From a virus (Duplodnaviria; Caudoviricetes), in the IMG/VR virus record IMGVR_UViG_3300037461_000433, positions 1-44,096 of that record: a DNA stretch of 44,096 nucleotides; one strand, written 5' to 3'. The translations under genes and the position numbers were made by a program. The notes beneath the pieces were generated by a model. The model made no database searches and was not told where the DNA came from. It saw only the letters and a list, made by a program, of their open reading frames with translations. Of the stretch, positions 12,730 through 22,427 are shown one piece after another (positions within the stretch are counted from its first letter, which is position 1; each line of letters starts with the position of its first letter).

Positions 12730-13374
12730 TTATGTCCCCGGGACGATAGTTGGGTCGGCGCGGTTAACCCCGCCGGAAGCATAGGCTCGTCTTGCGCCTA
12801 TAACTTTACTCCTTGTCACTCGCCGAGGAGGATTATCCTGGCCGTTGACAGCGCGGGCTTCAAGACGTATGTCGTGAAGCATATTGGCCATCGCCGTTCG
12901 GGTACTCTCTTTACCGGTAAACGAATAAGCCATGTTATACGCCATCTGCGCGGCTACATATCTCTTACACAACTCGTCCCACTTGTTAACTACGGTTTCG
13001 TCCTTGATGTAACCGATGTTTATACTCGACGCCCCGCCTTCATCTATCAGGATAAAACCACCCTCTATCTGATAGTCTTTCCCGACTAAAGTTTCCGTCT
13101 CTTCATCTATAAAACGAAGGCGAAGAAAATCGTTTGGCAAAGCATATTTGTCAGGATATCCGAATATGGGGGCCGTCGCATTACGAGATAGAATGGCGCG
13201 GGCTTTAGCAAAGTTCCAAGGATGGGCCCTTAGCACCTGTCGACGGCTTGTGTCGTACCAACGCGCGCATATCGTTTCTTCGGGAGTTTTAGGATCTCTT
13301 ATGTTCGTAGCGGGTTTTGCTTTTAGAAAATCAAGCCCCATGTTACTAATACCTACTTCATCGACTATATTCAT
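12730..13374 (-). CDS. Tail tubular protein A (gatekeeper/adaptor)
   Basis: LRAHPWNFA and YALPNDFLRL motifs. Position after the capsid genes. Confidence 0.85.
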   Translation of the reverse strand: MNIVDEVGISNMGLDFLKAKPATNIRDPKTPEETICARWYDTSRRQVLRAHPWNFAKARAILSRNATAPIFGYPDKYALPNDFLRLRFIDEETETLVGKDYQIEGGFILIDEGGASSINIGYIKDETVVNKWDELCKRYVAAQMAYNMAYSFTGKESTRTAMANMLHDIRLEARAVNGQDNPPRRVTRSKVIGARRAYASGGVNRADPTIVPGT

Positions 13375-13407
13375 ACAAAGGGCTCCTCAGTTTTGATTTC
13401 TGTGATA

Positions 13408-13446
13408 AAGGCGCACCACCGCCGAAACCGGCAGGCGATGCGCCTT
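13408..13446 (-). terminator. Intergenic hairpin after the capsid-accessory gene
   Basis: aaggcgca...tgcgcctt arms. Confidence 0.4.
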
Positions 13447-13465
13447 ACACTAAATACAAACTTCT

Positions 13466-13948
13466 TTACGCGGACTTAGCGAACAACGCGCGAACAGATA
13501 TGGTACCAGTTCCAGTACCCACCGTATCGGCGGTTATTGCCACGTCGTATTCTTTGGAACCAGCGTCTCCAGTTTCTCCAGCGAGAGAATATATCTGGTC
13601 GCCTATCTCGTCTATGGCGAGAGCGGAGAGTCCGTTCTGCTCAGAACCGAGAGCCTTACCAGCGCTAATGTCAGCGCTGTCCATAAATACATCTTTAACC
13701 TTTACCGCGCCACCGTTCTCGAGTGTTTCATACAGCCCGAGGTTATAACCGGTAGCCCCGGTTATAGCGTCGCAGTTGATGTCTATGCGTATAGGCACCA
13801 TGTTCTTGTTCACTTTGAACAGTCTGTAAATCGAACCATCACTGTCAGCGGCTGCCACTTCGAACTGTGCTGTCATGGCTATGACCTCGCCCCCGTGATT
13901 AGCGGTGCGTACAACCGTGTCCTGAACTTCAGCGTTAATAACTGCCAT
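13466..13948 (-). CDS. Putative capsid decoration/cement protein
   Basis: 160 aa, Ala/Gly/Asp-rich beta protein immediately after the capsid gene, with strong GGAGG. Confidence 0.6.
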   Translation of the reverse strand: MAVINAEVQDTVVRTANHGGEVIAMTAQFEVAAADSDGSIYRLFKVNKNMVPIRIDINCDAITGATGYNLGLYETLENGGAVKVKDVFMDSADISAGKALGSEQNGLSALAIDEIGDQIYSLAGETGDAGSKEYDVAITADTVGTGTGTISVRALFAKSA

Positions 13949-13978
13949 CGGAAACCTCCTGTGTTTAACTTAAAAGTA

Positions 13979-14002
13979 CCTCCCCGGGATCACCCGGGGA
14001 GG
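13979..14002 (-). terminator. GC-rich hairpin downstream of the major capsid gene
   Basis: cctccccggg-atca-cccggggagg, a perfect 10-bp stem followed by TACTTTT on the minus strand. Confidence 0.6.
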
Positions 14003-14015
14003 AGAATCTACATCA

Positions 14016-14897
14016 TTATACCGCTGTCGTCTGGACTTTCTGAACTCTTAGTTCGTCCGTACGTACAGCGCCTATTTCACCGAGGACCTGGATATAGGTG
14101 CTCTCTACATATCCGGGGTAATCCGGTATAACCTTTACGCTGAACTCTTTCGACATGCCATACACCATGCCGAGTGTGGATGCAGCGAAACAATCGCGCA
14201 CCGATGAAGCCACCGGCAACTGAGGGTTGTCGACTGCGCTTCCGAACACTATCAGGTCCATCCCGAGAACACTTACGACCTGACCTTTATCGATAACGTA
14301 GTTGCGGCTGAAATCGCCGGATGTCAACTGCGTGATGTTAAAAAGAGCTGTCTCTTCCTGCTCCGACAGACCGAGGATGATCTTCTCAGGCATATCGGTT
14401 CCAATCTCTTTTTTGCGGAAATTCTCTCTGATCTCGAGAAGTTTCGCGTAAGTAAGCCCTGCCGTAGCGTTTACAGTCCTGCCGCCGCCGCCCGCGAAAG
14501 TCACGGTAGACGTAAATCTACGGCCTGTTGCTACGGACGCAAACATGGAGTCTATACCTATTTTGTCCGCTTTTCTGTAGATAGCGAACATGCAATCTCT
14601 GACGAGCTTGCTCGAAGGGTTCTCAAACATCCCCCTGACATCGCGGTTGTCGACTATCAACTCGACAAGTACGCGGTCCCTTAACATCCTTCTGCGGGTG
14701 AACTCGGGGTTTGACGGATCGATACGGGGATTTCTTTCATTCACTGTCTTAGCTTCTACAACTCCGGTACCATCATACGACCACTCGTCTCCGGACATCG
14801 GGACGACTTGTATCTGACCCATAAGACGGGACTTCATCTGCTGCGCTTCTACATGCAGGAGATTACTGAACTGGGTTATTAGGACATTATCAATCAT
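14016..14897 (-). CDS. Major capsid protein
   Basis: QFSNLLHVEAQQMKSRL N-terminus, LTSGDF, GAVRTDELRV C-terminus (BPP-1-like capsid family). Follows the scaffold gene. Confidence 0.85.
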   Translation of the reverse strand: MIDNVLITQFSNLLHVEAQQMKSRLMGQIQVVPMSGDEWSYDGTGVVEAKTVNERNPRIDPSNPEFTRRRMLRDRVLVELIVDNRDVRGMFENPSSKLVRDCMFAIYRKADKIGIDSMFASVATGRRFTSTVTFAGGGGRTVNATAGLTYAKLLEIRENFRKKEIGTDMPEKIILGLSEQEETALFNITQLTSGDFSRNYVIDKGQVVSVLGMDLIVFGSAVDNPQLPVASSVRDCFAASTLGMVYGMSKEFSVKVIPDYPGYVESTYIQVLGEIGAVRTDELRVQKVQTTAV

Positions 14898-14944
14898 TTG
14901 ACGCCTCCATCGTATTTACACGAACAACATCATCTGCCAAAAAT

Positions 14945-15029
14945 GACGCTCCCCGCGCTACGACGGACGCCTTTACGCACGTGGGAAGGTGTGCGCCCCT
15001 TTGTAATCCGGATGCCGAAGCACTCCCCG
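14945..15029 (-). ncRNA. Candidate structured 5' leader of capsid mRNA with a twice-repeated internal-loop motif
   Basis: CGG-GGAG-UGC-UUCG-GCA-U-CCG and GGCG-U-CCG-loop-CGG-GGAG-CGUC flank a central hairpin. Confidence 0.45.
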
Positions 15030-15042
15030 AACTACTGATAAA

Positions 15043-15071
15043 AATATACACCATATTTTTCTAAAAGTCAA
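15043..15071 (-). promoter_or_regulatory. Putative sigma70 promoter TTGACT-17-TATATT for capsid
   Basis: Read directly in the intergenic DNA. Confidence 0.6.
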
Positions 15072-15077
15072 ATATAT

Positions 15078-15917
15078 TTACTTTTTTATCTCACGCATCT
15101 TCTTCATCAGCACGGCATTTTGGTCCATTACCTTCTGGTGATCGGCGTGCATAAAGTTGGTAAACGCCGGGTTCTTCATGAGTTCCCTCTGCGCTTTAGA
15201 CAGTTCCTCATACGTCGATGCTCCACCGCCTGCTCCAGAAGCTCCGCCCTTAAAACCATCCTCTTTGACATATTTTTTCACTATACCGTCAAGAGCTGAA
15301 GTGATTATGAGTAGGGAATCATTGTCAAGTTTATCGAGTTTCGCAGCAATATCTTTGTGGACATGCTCCTGTAAAAACTTTTTAGAGTTCGCCAATACCG
15401 CGTCTTTCTGATCACCAAAGATAGCCGCGGTGGCCTTATCGAACGCCGCGTCTGTCTCTTTGTTTTTGGCGAGGATTTTCTGCTGTTCACTATATAAAAA
15501 TTTCTCATACCCGAGTTGCAAACGCTTCGCCGCATCTTTAGGTATACCTGCATCGTGAAAAATAGCCTTAACAACTTTTTCAGCTTCAGGGTTACGCTTA
15601 GCGTCTTTAAGTTCGGGAAGGTTCTCAAACTCATAAGCGTCCGGTGAATCGGGAACGCCAATGCCTTTTCTAAACGCGGACAACTCTTCAGGGGTAGCTT
15701 TCTCCCCGGGGATAACTACCCCTTTTTTACCAACCGTGACATTGAGGTTATCGACGAACTTAAAAAAAGTATCGGGGGAAGTCATGTTCTGCTTAACCCA
15801 GTCCCGGCCCTGGTATTCCTGCGGTACAAAATTTATTAAATTCGGCGCCCCTGCGGCACCTGTCGCACCGCCGCCCGTCCCACCGTTTCCTCCACCTGCC
15901 GCTCCCGTAGCTCCCAT
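15078..15917 (-). CDS. Capsid scaffolding/assembly protein
   Basis: Gly-rich N-terminus, PGEKATPEE...GVPDSPDAYE motif, C-terminal HADHQKV. Upstream of capsid. Confidence 0.8.
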   Translation of the reverse strand: MGATGAAGGGNGGTGGGATGAAGAPNLINFVPQEYQGRDWVKQNMTSPDTFFKFVDNLNVTVGKKGVVIPGEKATPEELSAFRKGIGVPDSPDAYEFENLPELKDAKRNPEAEKVVKAIFHDAGIPKDAAKRLQLGYEKFLYSEQQKILAKNKETDAAFDKATAAIFGDQKDAVLANSKKFLQEHVHKDIAAKLDKLDNDSLLIITSALDGIVKKYVKEDGFKGGASGAGGGASTYEELSKAQRELMKNPAFTNFMHADHQKVMDQNAVLMKKMREIKK

Positions 15918-15920
15918 AGC

Positions 15921-16229
15921 CTATTTCTCCTCTTCCGTTTTAGGTTTTTCTGTTTCATTAGCCAAATCCAATTCGACTAACTTTATGACTTCCGGTGTCA
16001 TAAATTGACGTATATCTTTATAAGTATCGCATCTGGAAATGTTGTGCATGGTGGCTTGAAGGTCAACAGAACCTGATTTACCTATTACCACCGATCGACT
16101 GTGCAGACCACTTTCGCTGTAAAGATAGCGGAGTACGTTAAGGCCGCCTTTAGATAAAGCGGTTTCCGTAACTGACGCGAACATACGCTCGCGAAACTTT
16201 TTTAAACGATCGTCTAATTTTGTTATCAT
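15921..16229 (-). CDS. Small head-module protein (Bbp19-like position)
   Basis: GLNVLRYL motif, between portal and scaffold. Confidence 0.55.
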   Translation of the reverse strand: MITKLDDRLKKFRERMFASVTETALSKGGLNVLRYLYSESGLHSRSVVIGKSGSVDLQATMHNISRCDTYKDIRQFMTPEVIKLVELDLANETEKPKTEEEK

Positions 16230-17965
16230 CTTATCCGTGGTTGACCAGCGGCAGCAACGGCATTTTGAGCCTGGCCGATGTTGCGCGCCGCTTCCGTTTC
16301 GACTTTAGCCTTTTCAGCTTCCATCGCCTGCCTACGCATATCGTTGCGTGCCCTACGCCGAGAATTGGCTTCATCTACCGCGCGCATAATCTTTGACGGT
16401 GCGCCGCTTAAATCCCTTATGGCTTCCATTGTTTCATCAATATCCATTGTGTCAACAGCGTCCTCGCTTACCGAGGATATAGTAAGCATGGCGTTTACCG
16501 TATCAGTAACGCCTCTACGCTCTGACTCTCGAAGTAGTTGAGCCGCAGGGGATATATATGATATTTTATAAACATCACGTCCCTTTGCCATCGCCTCAAC
16601 AATTTCCGGCGGAATAATTATGGGGTCTATCCCATTTTTCTTTAGTAGTTCCTGTTTGGCTACATCATCTTTAGCCACCCCTAAAAGCCCCATCTCAAAA
16701 GTTATATTGAAACTTCTCTCGATGGCGGGGGTAAGCTGCTCATTAAATATTCGAGCGTAAGTAGCGGATAGGGCGTCAGCGCGAATGTCGTAGCGAATCT
16801 CCGCTTCACCGAGCGTCATCCTTGTCTTATTATTTAGATCATATAATTTATCAATGAGAAAATGCTGAAGGACTTCACCTTTAGTGTCCTCGATAATTTT
16901 TGAAACACTCTGGAGTTCCCCGACATCGAATATGACGCCTATCGGATTTTGCCCCTGTAAACGCCCGGACATATTGAGAACGGATAGCCCGCCTGCTGAA
17001 GTATCGACCGCCGCGGCGCCTAAGCTGCCATCGTCTAAAACGTATAAGGGGGGTTCGACTTTCTTTTCCGCACCAATAAGAAAAGCCTCTTTAAGTGCAT
17101 TTAGCTGCATGATCGCAGGGATAGCGTCCATCGCAGGAGAGCGCCCATACACTTCACCGGGAAGTTTATACCATCTGCTCGACTTTGCCGGAATATCTGC
17201 ATATCCACTCTCTTTAAGCAGATGGGGCTTTTCAACTTCAAAATGATAAGACGCGTAAGGAAGGGCCAGATTACTACTTGCGGGGGCCGCAGCTCTCTCG
17301 AGAGAATTGCGAGGCTCAATGGCCACGCATATTAAAACCATATCAAACTTGGATTTATCTTCACCGTATTTTTTCTTTACGTCTGCGCTGACATTCTCTA
17401 CCCCATAAGTATTGGCAACCTGCTCGACCGTTAGTTTCTGGTCGTAATAAAGGGTGTCAATGAACTCGTCTTTAGATTCAGCGAGGTAAAGAGATTGAAG
17501 GGCCCAACTCTTAAAAATAAGAGGGGTCTTGTAATCCCCTTGAAAAATACAAAACGTACCTGTTCCAAAAACCCCTTCTTCACAAAGTGTTTCGTGGAAA
17601 GCGAGTTCAAACCCCGCTTTCTCGGTTTCCATACATCCGGATAGTACCTTCGTTATATCTTCATAATATTTTTTGTTTTCCGCGCTCTTGGCCAGATAAG
17701 AAGGTGCTTCAAGACGAAACGTCCGGCCACCTGTTTTCCATAACGAACCCATTATCGCAGAGGCCATCGCTTGAAGAGCGCGAGATGCGGTAGAGTCGTT
17801 TATTGATCCGTCGTTTAGAAATGCGCCGGGAGAGATTTCACTACTAAATTGGGTTTTACGCTGATAGACGTATTGCCCGAGAATATCAAACTGACTATCC
17901 CAGGGTTGTCGGAGAGTTTTTAAATTCTCTCTTTTTTTAGCAAGATACGCGGCAGATTTCGACAC
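16226..17965 (-). CDS. Portal (head-tail connector) protein
   Basis: DSTASRALQAMASAIMG, VFGTG, RWYKLPGEVYGRSPAM, RMTLGE, ISYISP motifs. Confidence 0.92.
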   Translation of the reverse strand: MSKSAAYLAKKRENLKTLRQPWDSQFDILGQYVYQRKTQFSSEISPGAFLNDGSINDSTASRALQAMASAIMGSLWKTGGRTFRLEAPSYLAKSAENKKYYEDITKVLSGCMETEKAGFELAFHETLCEEGVFGTGTFCIFQGDYKTPLIFKSWALQSLYLAESKDEFIDTLYYDQKLTVEQVANTYGVENVSADVKKKYGEDKSKFDMVLICVAIEPRNSLERAAAPASSNLALPYASYHFEVEKPHLLKESGYADIPAKSSRWYKLPGEVYGRSPAMDAIPAIMQLNALKEAFLIGAEKKVEPPLYVLDDGSLGAAAVDTSAGGLSVLNMSGRLQGQNPIGVIFDVGELQSVSKIIEDTKGEVLQHFLIDKLYDLNNKTRMTLGEAEIRYDIRADALSATYARIFNEQLTPAIERSFNITFEMGLLGVAKDDVAKQELLKKNGIDPIIIPPEIVEAMAKGRDVYKISYISPAAQLLRESERRGVTDTVNAMLTISSVSEDAVDTMDIDETMEAIRDLSGAPSKIMRAVDEANSRRRARNDMRRQAMEAEKAKVETEAARNIGQAQNAVAAAGQPRIR

Positions 17966-17989
17966 GGGCGACGGTTCTCCTTTTTAGGT

Positions 17990-18048
17990 TATCGGGTGTT
18001 CGCCCGCCTCGACTAATAATATCCGAAGCGGGCGAATACAAACCGATA
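17990..18048 (-). terminator. Long intergenic hairpin upstream of portal
   Basis: ttcgcccgc...gcgggcgaa arms, extended by tatcgg/ccgata. Confidence 0.5.
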
Positions 18049-18054
18049 TTATTA

Positions 18055-18540
<486 letters not shown>

Positions 18541-18561
18541 TCCTCCAGTTTTGCGGGGTGA

Positions 18562-18834
18562 TTACTCCCCGACGAGTTTTGCCCCGCGCCTCGGGGCCGA
18601 GTTTAAAACCCCTGTCGGGGACGTATAAAAAGCACCTATTCGAAACATTCTTTTTGCGCCGAGCGCTGTCGACTCTTCATCAGACATCGTGCCAGAAGCG
18701 GGAACCGCTGCCGCAGATGGAGCCGATCCGCCCCCACTACCTTTCTGCGATGCTTGTGATGCGGCATATCCGCCGTACGCGGCTCCACCTACAAGAGTTG
18801 CGATACCCAGTGCTAATGCAAATTCAGAGCCCAT
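18562..18834 (-). CDS. Small virion protein upstream of portal
   Basis: Hydrophobic Gly/Ala N-terminus and TSPTGV...LVG C-terminus typical of the pre-portal small protein. Confidence 0.6.
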   Translation of the reverse strand: MGSEFALALGIATLVGGAAYGGYAASQASQKGSGGGSAPSAAAVPASGTMSDEESTALGAKRMFRIGAFYTSPTGVLNSAPRRGAKLVGE

Positions 18835-18888
18835 GTCTATATCCCTCGTTCAGTACCCATAAATTTCACTCCTGTATAAGTTACCAAA

Positions 18889-18916
18889 AGTATACCCTAT
18901 AATTTAAAAAAGTCAA
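18889..18916 (-). promoter_or_regulatory. Putative sigma70 promoter TTGACT-16-TATACT
   Basis: Read directly downstream of terminase. Confidence 0.5.
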
Positions 18917-20565
18917 ATAAAACTTATTGTGCCCGATGCAGACTGATTATCCCGCGCCCCACGGGTAAATCGTTTTATCGTCGATAAAGGGCTCGTTGTC
19001 CGTGACATCGGCGCCTCTTTTCTTTGTATACGTTGTTTTGTTCCGCTATTGACAGGGAAGGCAAAAGTGAGAGCTAACGCGTCCGCGATGTCCGGAGACT
19101 TCCCGTATTCTTCAATTATTTTTTCTTTCGGACGAAGGGTTAAAACCCCACGGCCTGTTGTCTGTTCTAGGGGCGGTATTGCCATAATATCGCTTACGAG
19201 TTCATCGTCGTCCGGGATACTCACTCCACCATCCATGAACCATTTCTGCATGTCGTCATACATTTCAGCGCGCTTGTTTAAATAAATATCCGGCTGCATA
19301 GGCGTCGATCCGAAATGTATCCCGGTAACATACGTACCGTATCCATTTTGCCGCAGGGCGTCTATCGTGCCATAGCCCATCCCCACATCGATAAAGCATT
19401 TCTGCACCGGCTCGGAATCGAGAAATTTCCCGATTATGCCGGCGAGTGTCATTTCGTCCATCGTCGCGTATTTAACTATCCTGACAAGTTGTCTGCCTCT
19501 TCGGAAAACAATTACCGTTCTGTCACCCGAGCGCGCCGGGTCAACACCCATAATAAGTGGCGCGATAGGATCCGGGGTTTTATTTACCCGCGCTTTCGCG
19601 ACAACTTCTCCGGGGACAAGTGTCTCACCGCTTGTTATAAACGCCTCTTGAATGGAACAGGGGTATTCACGTTGAAATTTCCAGACTTCCCCTCCGAACG
19701 CGTCTTGAATTTTTCGCCTGCGCCAATATAGTTGCGCGTCGGTAAGTTTATAAATATCCCGGAGTTTAACCTCTTCTTCCGTGAGAGAGAAATTCACAGG
19801 CAGAGGTTTTTGGTATTCGTCTTGCCAAAACCAAGGGAGAAACACGGTCATAAAATCAGATTCGGGATTAAGCCCTATCATCGCGAGTTTGTGAAATAAA
19901 TTTCCCATTCCTTTCGCCGTAGATTCAAATATTATTTCCGTACCCGGCGCATCGGCCACACCTTGTAGAACCCCGGTCATAATATCGTCGGTATTCGGCC
20001 AGAACGCGCACTCGCTGCCATGGAATTTCTGTATGGTCATGCTACGGCCTATGTCTGCGGACCCGGCAGTTCCTATCGAATACTCTGAATGAAGCCCTTC
20101 AAATTCAAGATTTTTTTGGTTGGATACTTTAACCGCGGGCTTAATTTCTTCAGGAGCGTTATCATAGAACCGCCCAACCATCTTAAAAAGATAATGTGTC
20201 GAATCGGAAATATGGGCGAGTATAAAAGTTGATACTCCTGAAGTCAACGACGTCTGATGAAAAAACCGAGCGGTTACATAGGTGCTACATCCCTGTTGCC
20301 GCCCTTTCACAACTACCGCACGGACACGGCCGGTACGTTTTCGTTGTTCTTCAAGCCGCTCATGGAGGTATCTCTGCGCCCGATTAAACACGAAAGGTAC
20401 AATCTCCCCGGCCCTGATAATTTTAGACTCTTCAGTAGTTTCACCGGACTTATGTGGTATTTTAAGACAGTGTTTACAATAAAAGGGGAGATCGGTTTTA
20501 AGACGCTGAAAGATCTTGAGGCGCTGTCCGGTGATCTCGGCATCGGTGTTAGCGGAGTTCGGCAT
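18913..20565 (-). CDS. terL: Terminase large subunit
   Basis: Walker A VKGRQQGCST, FHGSECAFW, ESTAKG, nuclease GVDPARSGD, SPDIADAL. Likely start ATG 20565. Confidence 0.93.
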   Translation of the reverse strand: MPNSANTDAEITGQRLKIFQRLKTDLPFYCKHCLKIPHKSGETTEESKIIRAGEIVPFVFNRAQRYLHERLEEQRKRTGRVRAVVVKGRQQGCSTYVTARFFHQTSLTSGVSTFILAHISDSTHYLFKMVGRFYDNAPEEIKPAVKVSNQKNLEFEGLHSEYSIGTAGSADIGRSMTIQKFHGSECAFWPNTDDIMTGVLQGVADAPGTEIIFESTAKGMGNLFHKLAMIGLNPESDFMTVFLPWFWQDEYQKPLPVNFSLTEEEVKLRDIYKLTDAQLYWRRRKIQDAFGGEVWKFQREYPCSIQEAFITSGETLVPGEVVAKARVNKTPDPIAPLIMGVDPARSGDRTVIVFRRGRQLVRIVKYATMDEMTLAGIIGKFLDSEPVQKCFIDVGMGYGTIDALRQNGYGTYVTGIHFGSTPMQPDIYLNKRAEMYDDMQKWFMDGGVSIPDDDELVSDIMAIPPLEQTTGRGVLTLRPKEKIIEEYGKSPDIADALALTFAFPVNSGTKQRIQRKEAPMSRTTSPLSTIKRFTRGARDNQSASGTISFI

Positions 20566-20941
20566 CGATGACCCCGTCGTTATCACCGCCGCATTTCTCT
20601 ATCTCGGCAATTTTATCGAGGAAACCTATAAGGGAAACATTCGTCGATTTTATCTCCTGACGTTGTAAAGGTTTACCTAAGACGCGATCGAGGAGTTCTT
20701 TCCGGGCGTCCGCATTACCTTCCGCCGCGTCAGAGATAAGAGTCGCTATCGCCGCTTGGAGGTTATTTTTCCCATATAGGCGTAACTCCCCACCCTCGTA
20801 GGGCGTGAGACACTCGTTTTCGACGCCGTTATTGGCTACATCTTCGAGAGAAACGCATTTCCCAACCGGGACAAGAACGCCGTTTTGGCGTTCTGTCCGC
20901 ACGTTGGTGATAGGTTTATCGGAGGAGGGCATCGTCGTCAC
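20549..20941 (-). CDS. Putative terminase small subunit
   Basis: AAEGNADARKELLDRVLGKPLQ motif. Directly upstream of terL. Confidence 0.6.
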   Translation of the reverse strand: MTTMPSSDKPITNVRTERQNGVLVPVGKCVSLEDVANNGVENECLTPYEGGELRLYGKNNLQAAIATLISDAAEGNADARKELLDRVLGKPLQRQEIKSTNVSLIGFLDKIAEIEKCGGDNDGVIDAELR

Positions 20942-21497
20942 CGGCGTCCTGTTTAACTTTTACATCGGGTCGTTTCGCTTTGGGGACCCCGGTGCCCGAA
21001 TCGATTTCAATGACATTCGTCGCGACACCGATACCCTCAAAACCTTTGTTGAGCATCTCGAGTTCGCGGTCGAGTTCTATTTTCGAAGCATACTTCTTGG
21101 AAATAACCTGGAACGCATCCGGGTCCTCTTTTGCCATTAAGACATGTTGACGCGCAAGTTCGAGGTCGGCATAGGTCGTGACATCGATTTGCAGTTTGTG
21201 CCGCCTGCAATACTCCTGAAGCTGAGCTATCGACTGGAATATGACAGGGAGTTCATCAGGGTCGAACGCGTGGCCGCTCTCGGGGGCTATCTCGTCGAGA
21301 TGCCAACTGTAAGGGGCGATCGCGTTGACATCTAATTTTTTGAGGAAGGGCATCAAGAGTTTCCCTTTTATCATTCCGAGCGGCGCGGAAGCGTCCGGCA
21401 AACGGAATGTGGCAATATAGCCTTTAAGGACCCTCTCGCCCTTCCCTATCTGAGTGATGTATTCTCCGTGCACTTTAGCCACGTAAACTTTTTTCAT
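20916..21497 (-). CDS. Hypothetical protein, first gene of the late arm
   Basis: 193-aa ORF with GAGGAGG RBS. Confidence 0.7.
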   Translation of the reverse strand: MKKVYVAKVHGEYITQIGKGERVLKGYIATFRLPDASAPLGMIKGKLLMPFLKKLDVNAIAPYSWHLDEIAPESGHAFDPDELPVIFQSIAQLQEYCRRHKLQIDVTTYADLELARQHVLMAKEDPDAFQVISKKYASKIELDRELEMLNKGFEGIGVATNVIEIDSGTGVPKAKRPDVKVKQDAGDDDALLR

Positions 21498-21565
21498 CGC
21501 ATTTCCTCCTCTTCATTTTTCCGGTGGTTTATTATAGACATACACAATGTATATCTTTGGTCATA

Positions 21566-21594
21566 AGTATACATTATGATTTAGGGTTTGTCAA
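21566..21594 (-). promoter_or_regulatory. Sigma70 promoter TTGACA-17-TATACT driving the late arm
   Basis: Near-consensus boxes read directly. Confidence 0.75.
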
Positions 21595-22023
21595 ATTTAT
21601 TTTTCTTTTTTTAGTATACTATATTATAATAGAATTATTCCTTTTCGCTATTTGTTATAGAGATTCGCGGGGGTGGTCGGCGCGGTGTGAGAGTTAAGAA
21701 TGTTTTCAGCGCGCAGAACTTCCTCCCCCTTTGGGTCGCCTGGGGGGCCTGGATATTCTATTCGCTGATTAGAATATTTATTTATATAGAGCCGGCCCGA
21801 TACAGGGTCATGGGTACACGTACGCGCCTGATGTATGGGTACAAGGTGAGGGCATGATCTCCGCGCGAGGTATAACAAATAGAGAATATACGGCGTGGCT
21901 TGACATTAGAGCGACGATTGACAAATAGCGAATGGTATCGCATGGGGTAAATTGAGCATAGCAAAAATGGAATATAGTGAATTTACCGTCGGACGGCCCG
22001 ACGACAAACCGATAATCGCAAAA

Positions 22024-22134
22024 TGTAAAATGTATATATGTATGTATGTATACCCTTTTTCCTATATAGTATATAAAAAATAATAAAAGTATAGGGCATA
22101 CAAAATATACATCTATACACATATACATTTTACA
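22024..22134. repeat. 29-bp imperfect inverted repeat (26/29) built from TATAC units around an AT-rich spacer; candidate origin or packaging site
   Basis: 22024-22052 versus 22106-22134, inside the ~930-bp noncoding region. Confidence 0.6.
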
Positions 22135-22352
22135 AGGTAATACCCTGTGTATACTACCAAGCAAATCGTTTGTTTTTCACCAAAAAAAATAATCTCAAAA
22201 AATAAAAATACCTAAAAAACGTGTTTTTTCGGATTTTAGTATACACATATACACTCAAATAATATTACCAAAAAATCCCAAAAAATCCCCTCCCGACGGC
22301 AAACAGCGAAAACAATACCACAAATACAGAAAACAAATATCAAAAATAACCA

Positions 22353-22380
22353 TTGACAAATAGCGAATAAATGCTATACT
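22353..22380 (+). promoter_or_regulatory. Strong early sigma70 promoter TTGACA-16-TATACT with extended -10 TG and A-tracts upstream
   Basis: Read directly. It overlaps the ORF-track ATG at 22371, which is therefore unlikely to be the real start. Confidence 0.8.
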
Positions 22381-22427
22381 TTTACTGTCCGGACAGATAC
22401 CACAACGCCGGACAGAAATGGGGATAT

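Noticed and set aside
20254-20260. Additional CTGATGA hammerhead-like cores (also near 29723)
   Set aside because: They lie inside terminase (antisense) and helicase coding sequence, with no flanking stems or matching GAAA arrangement.
21648-22164. Short minus-strand ORFs in the control region
   Set aside because: No RBS, low-complexity translation, and they lie upstream of the late promoter.
22371-22427. ORF-track N-terminal extension of mini-ComM
   Set aside because: The ATG lies inside the extended -10 element. Homology begins at ATG 22428.
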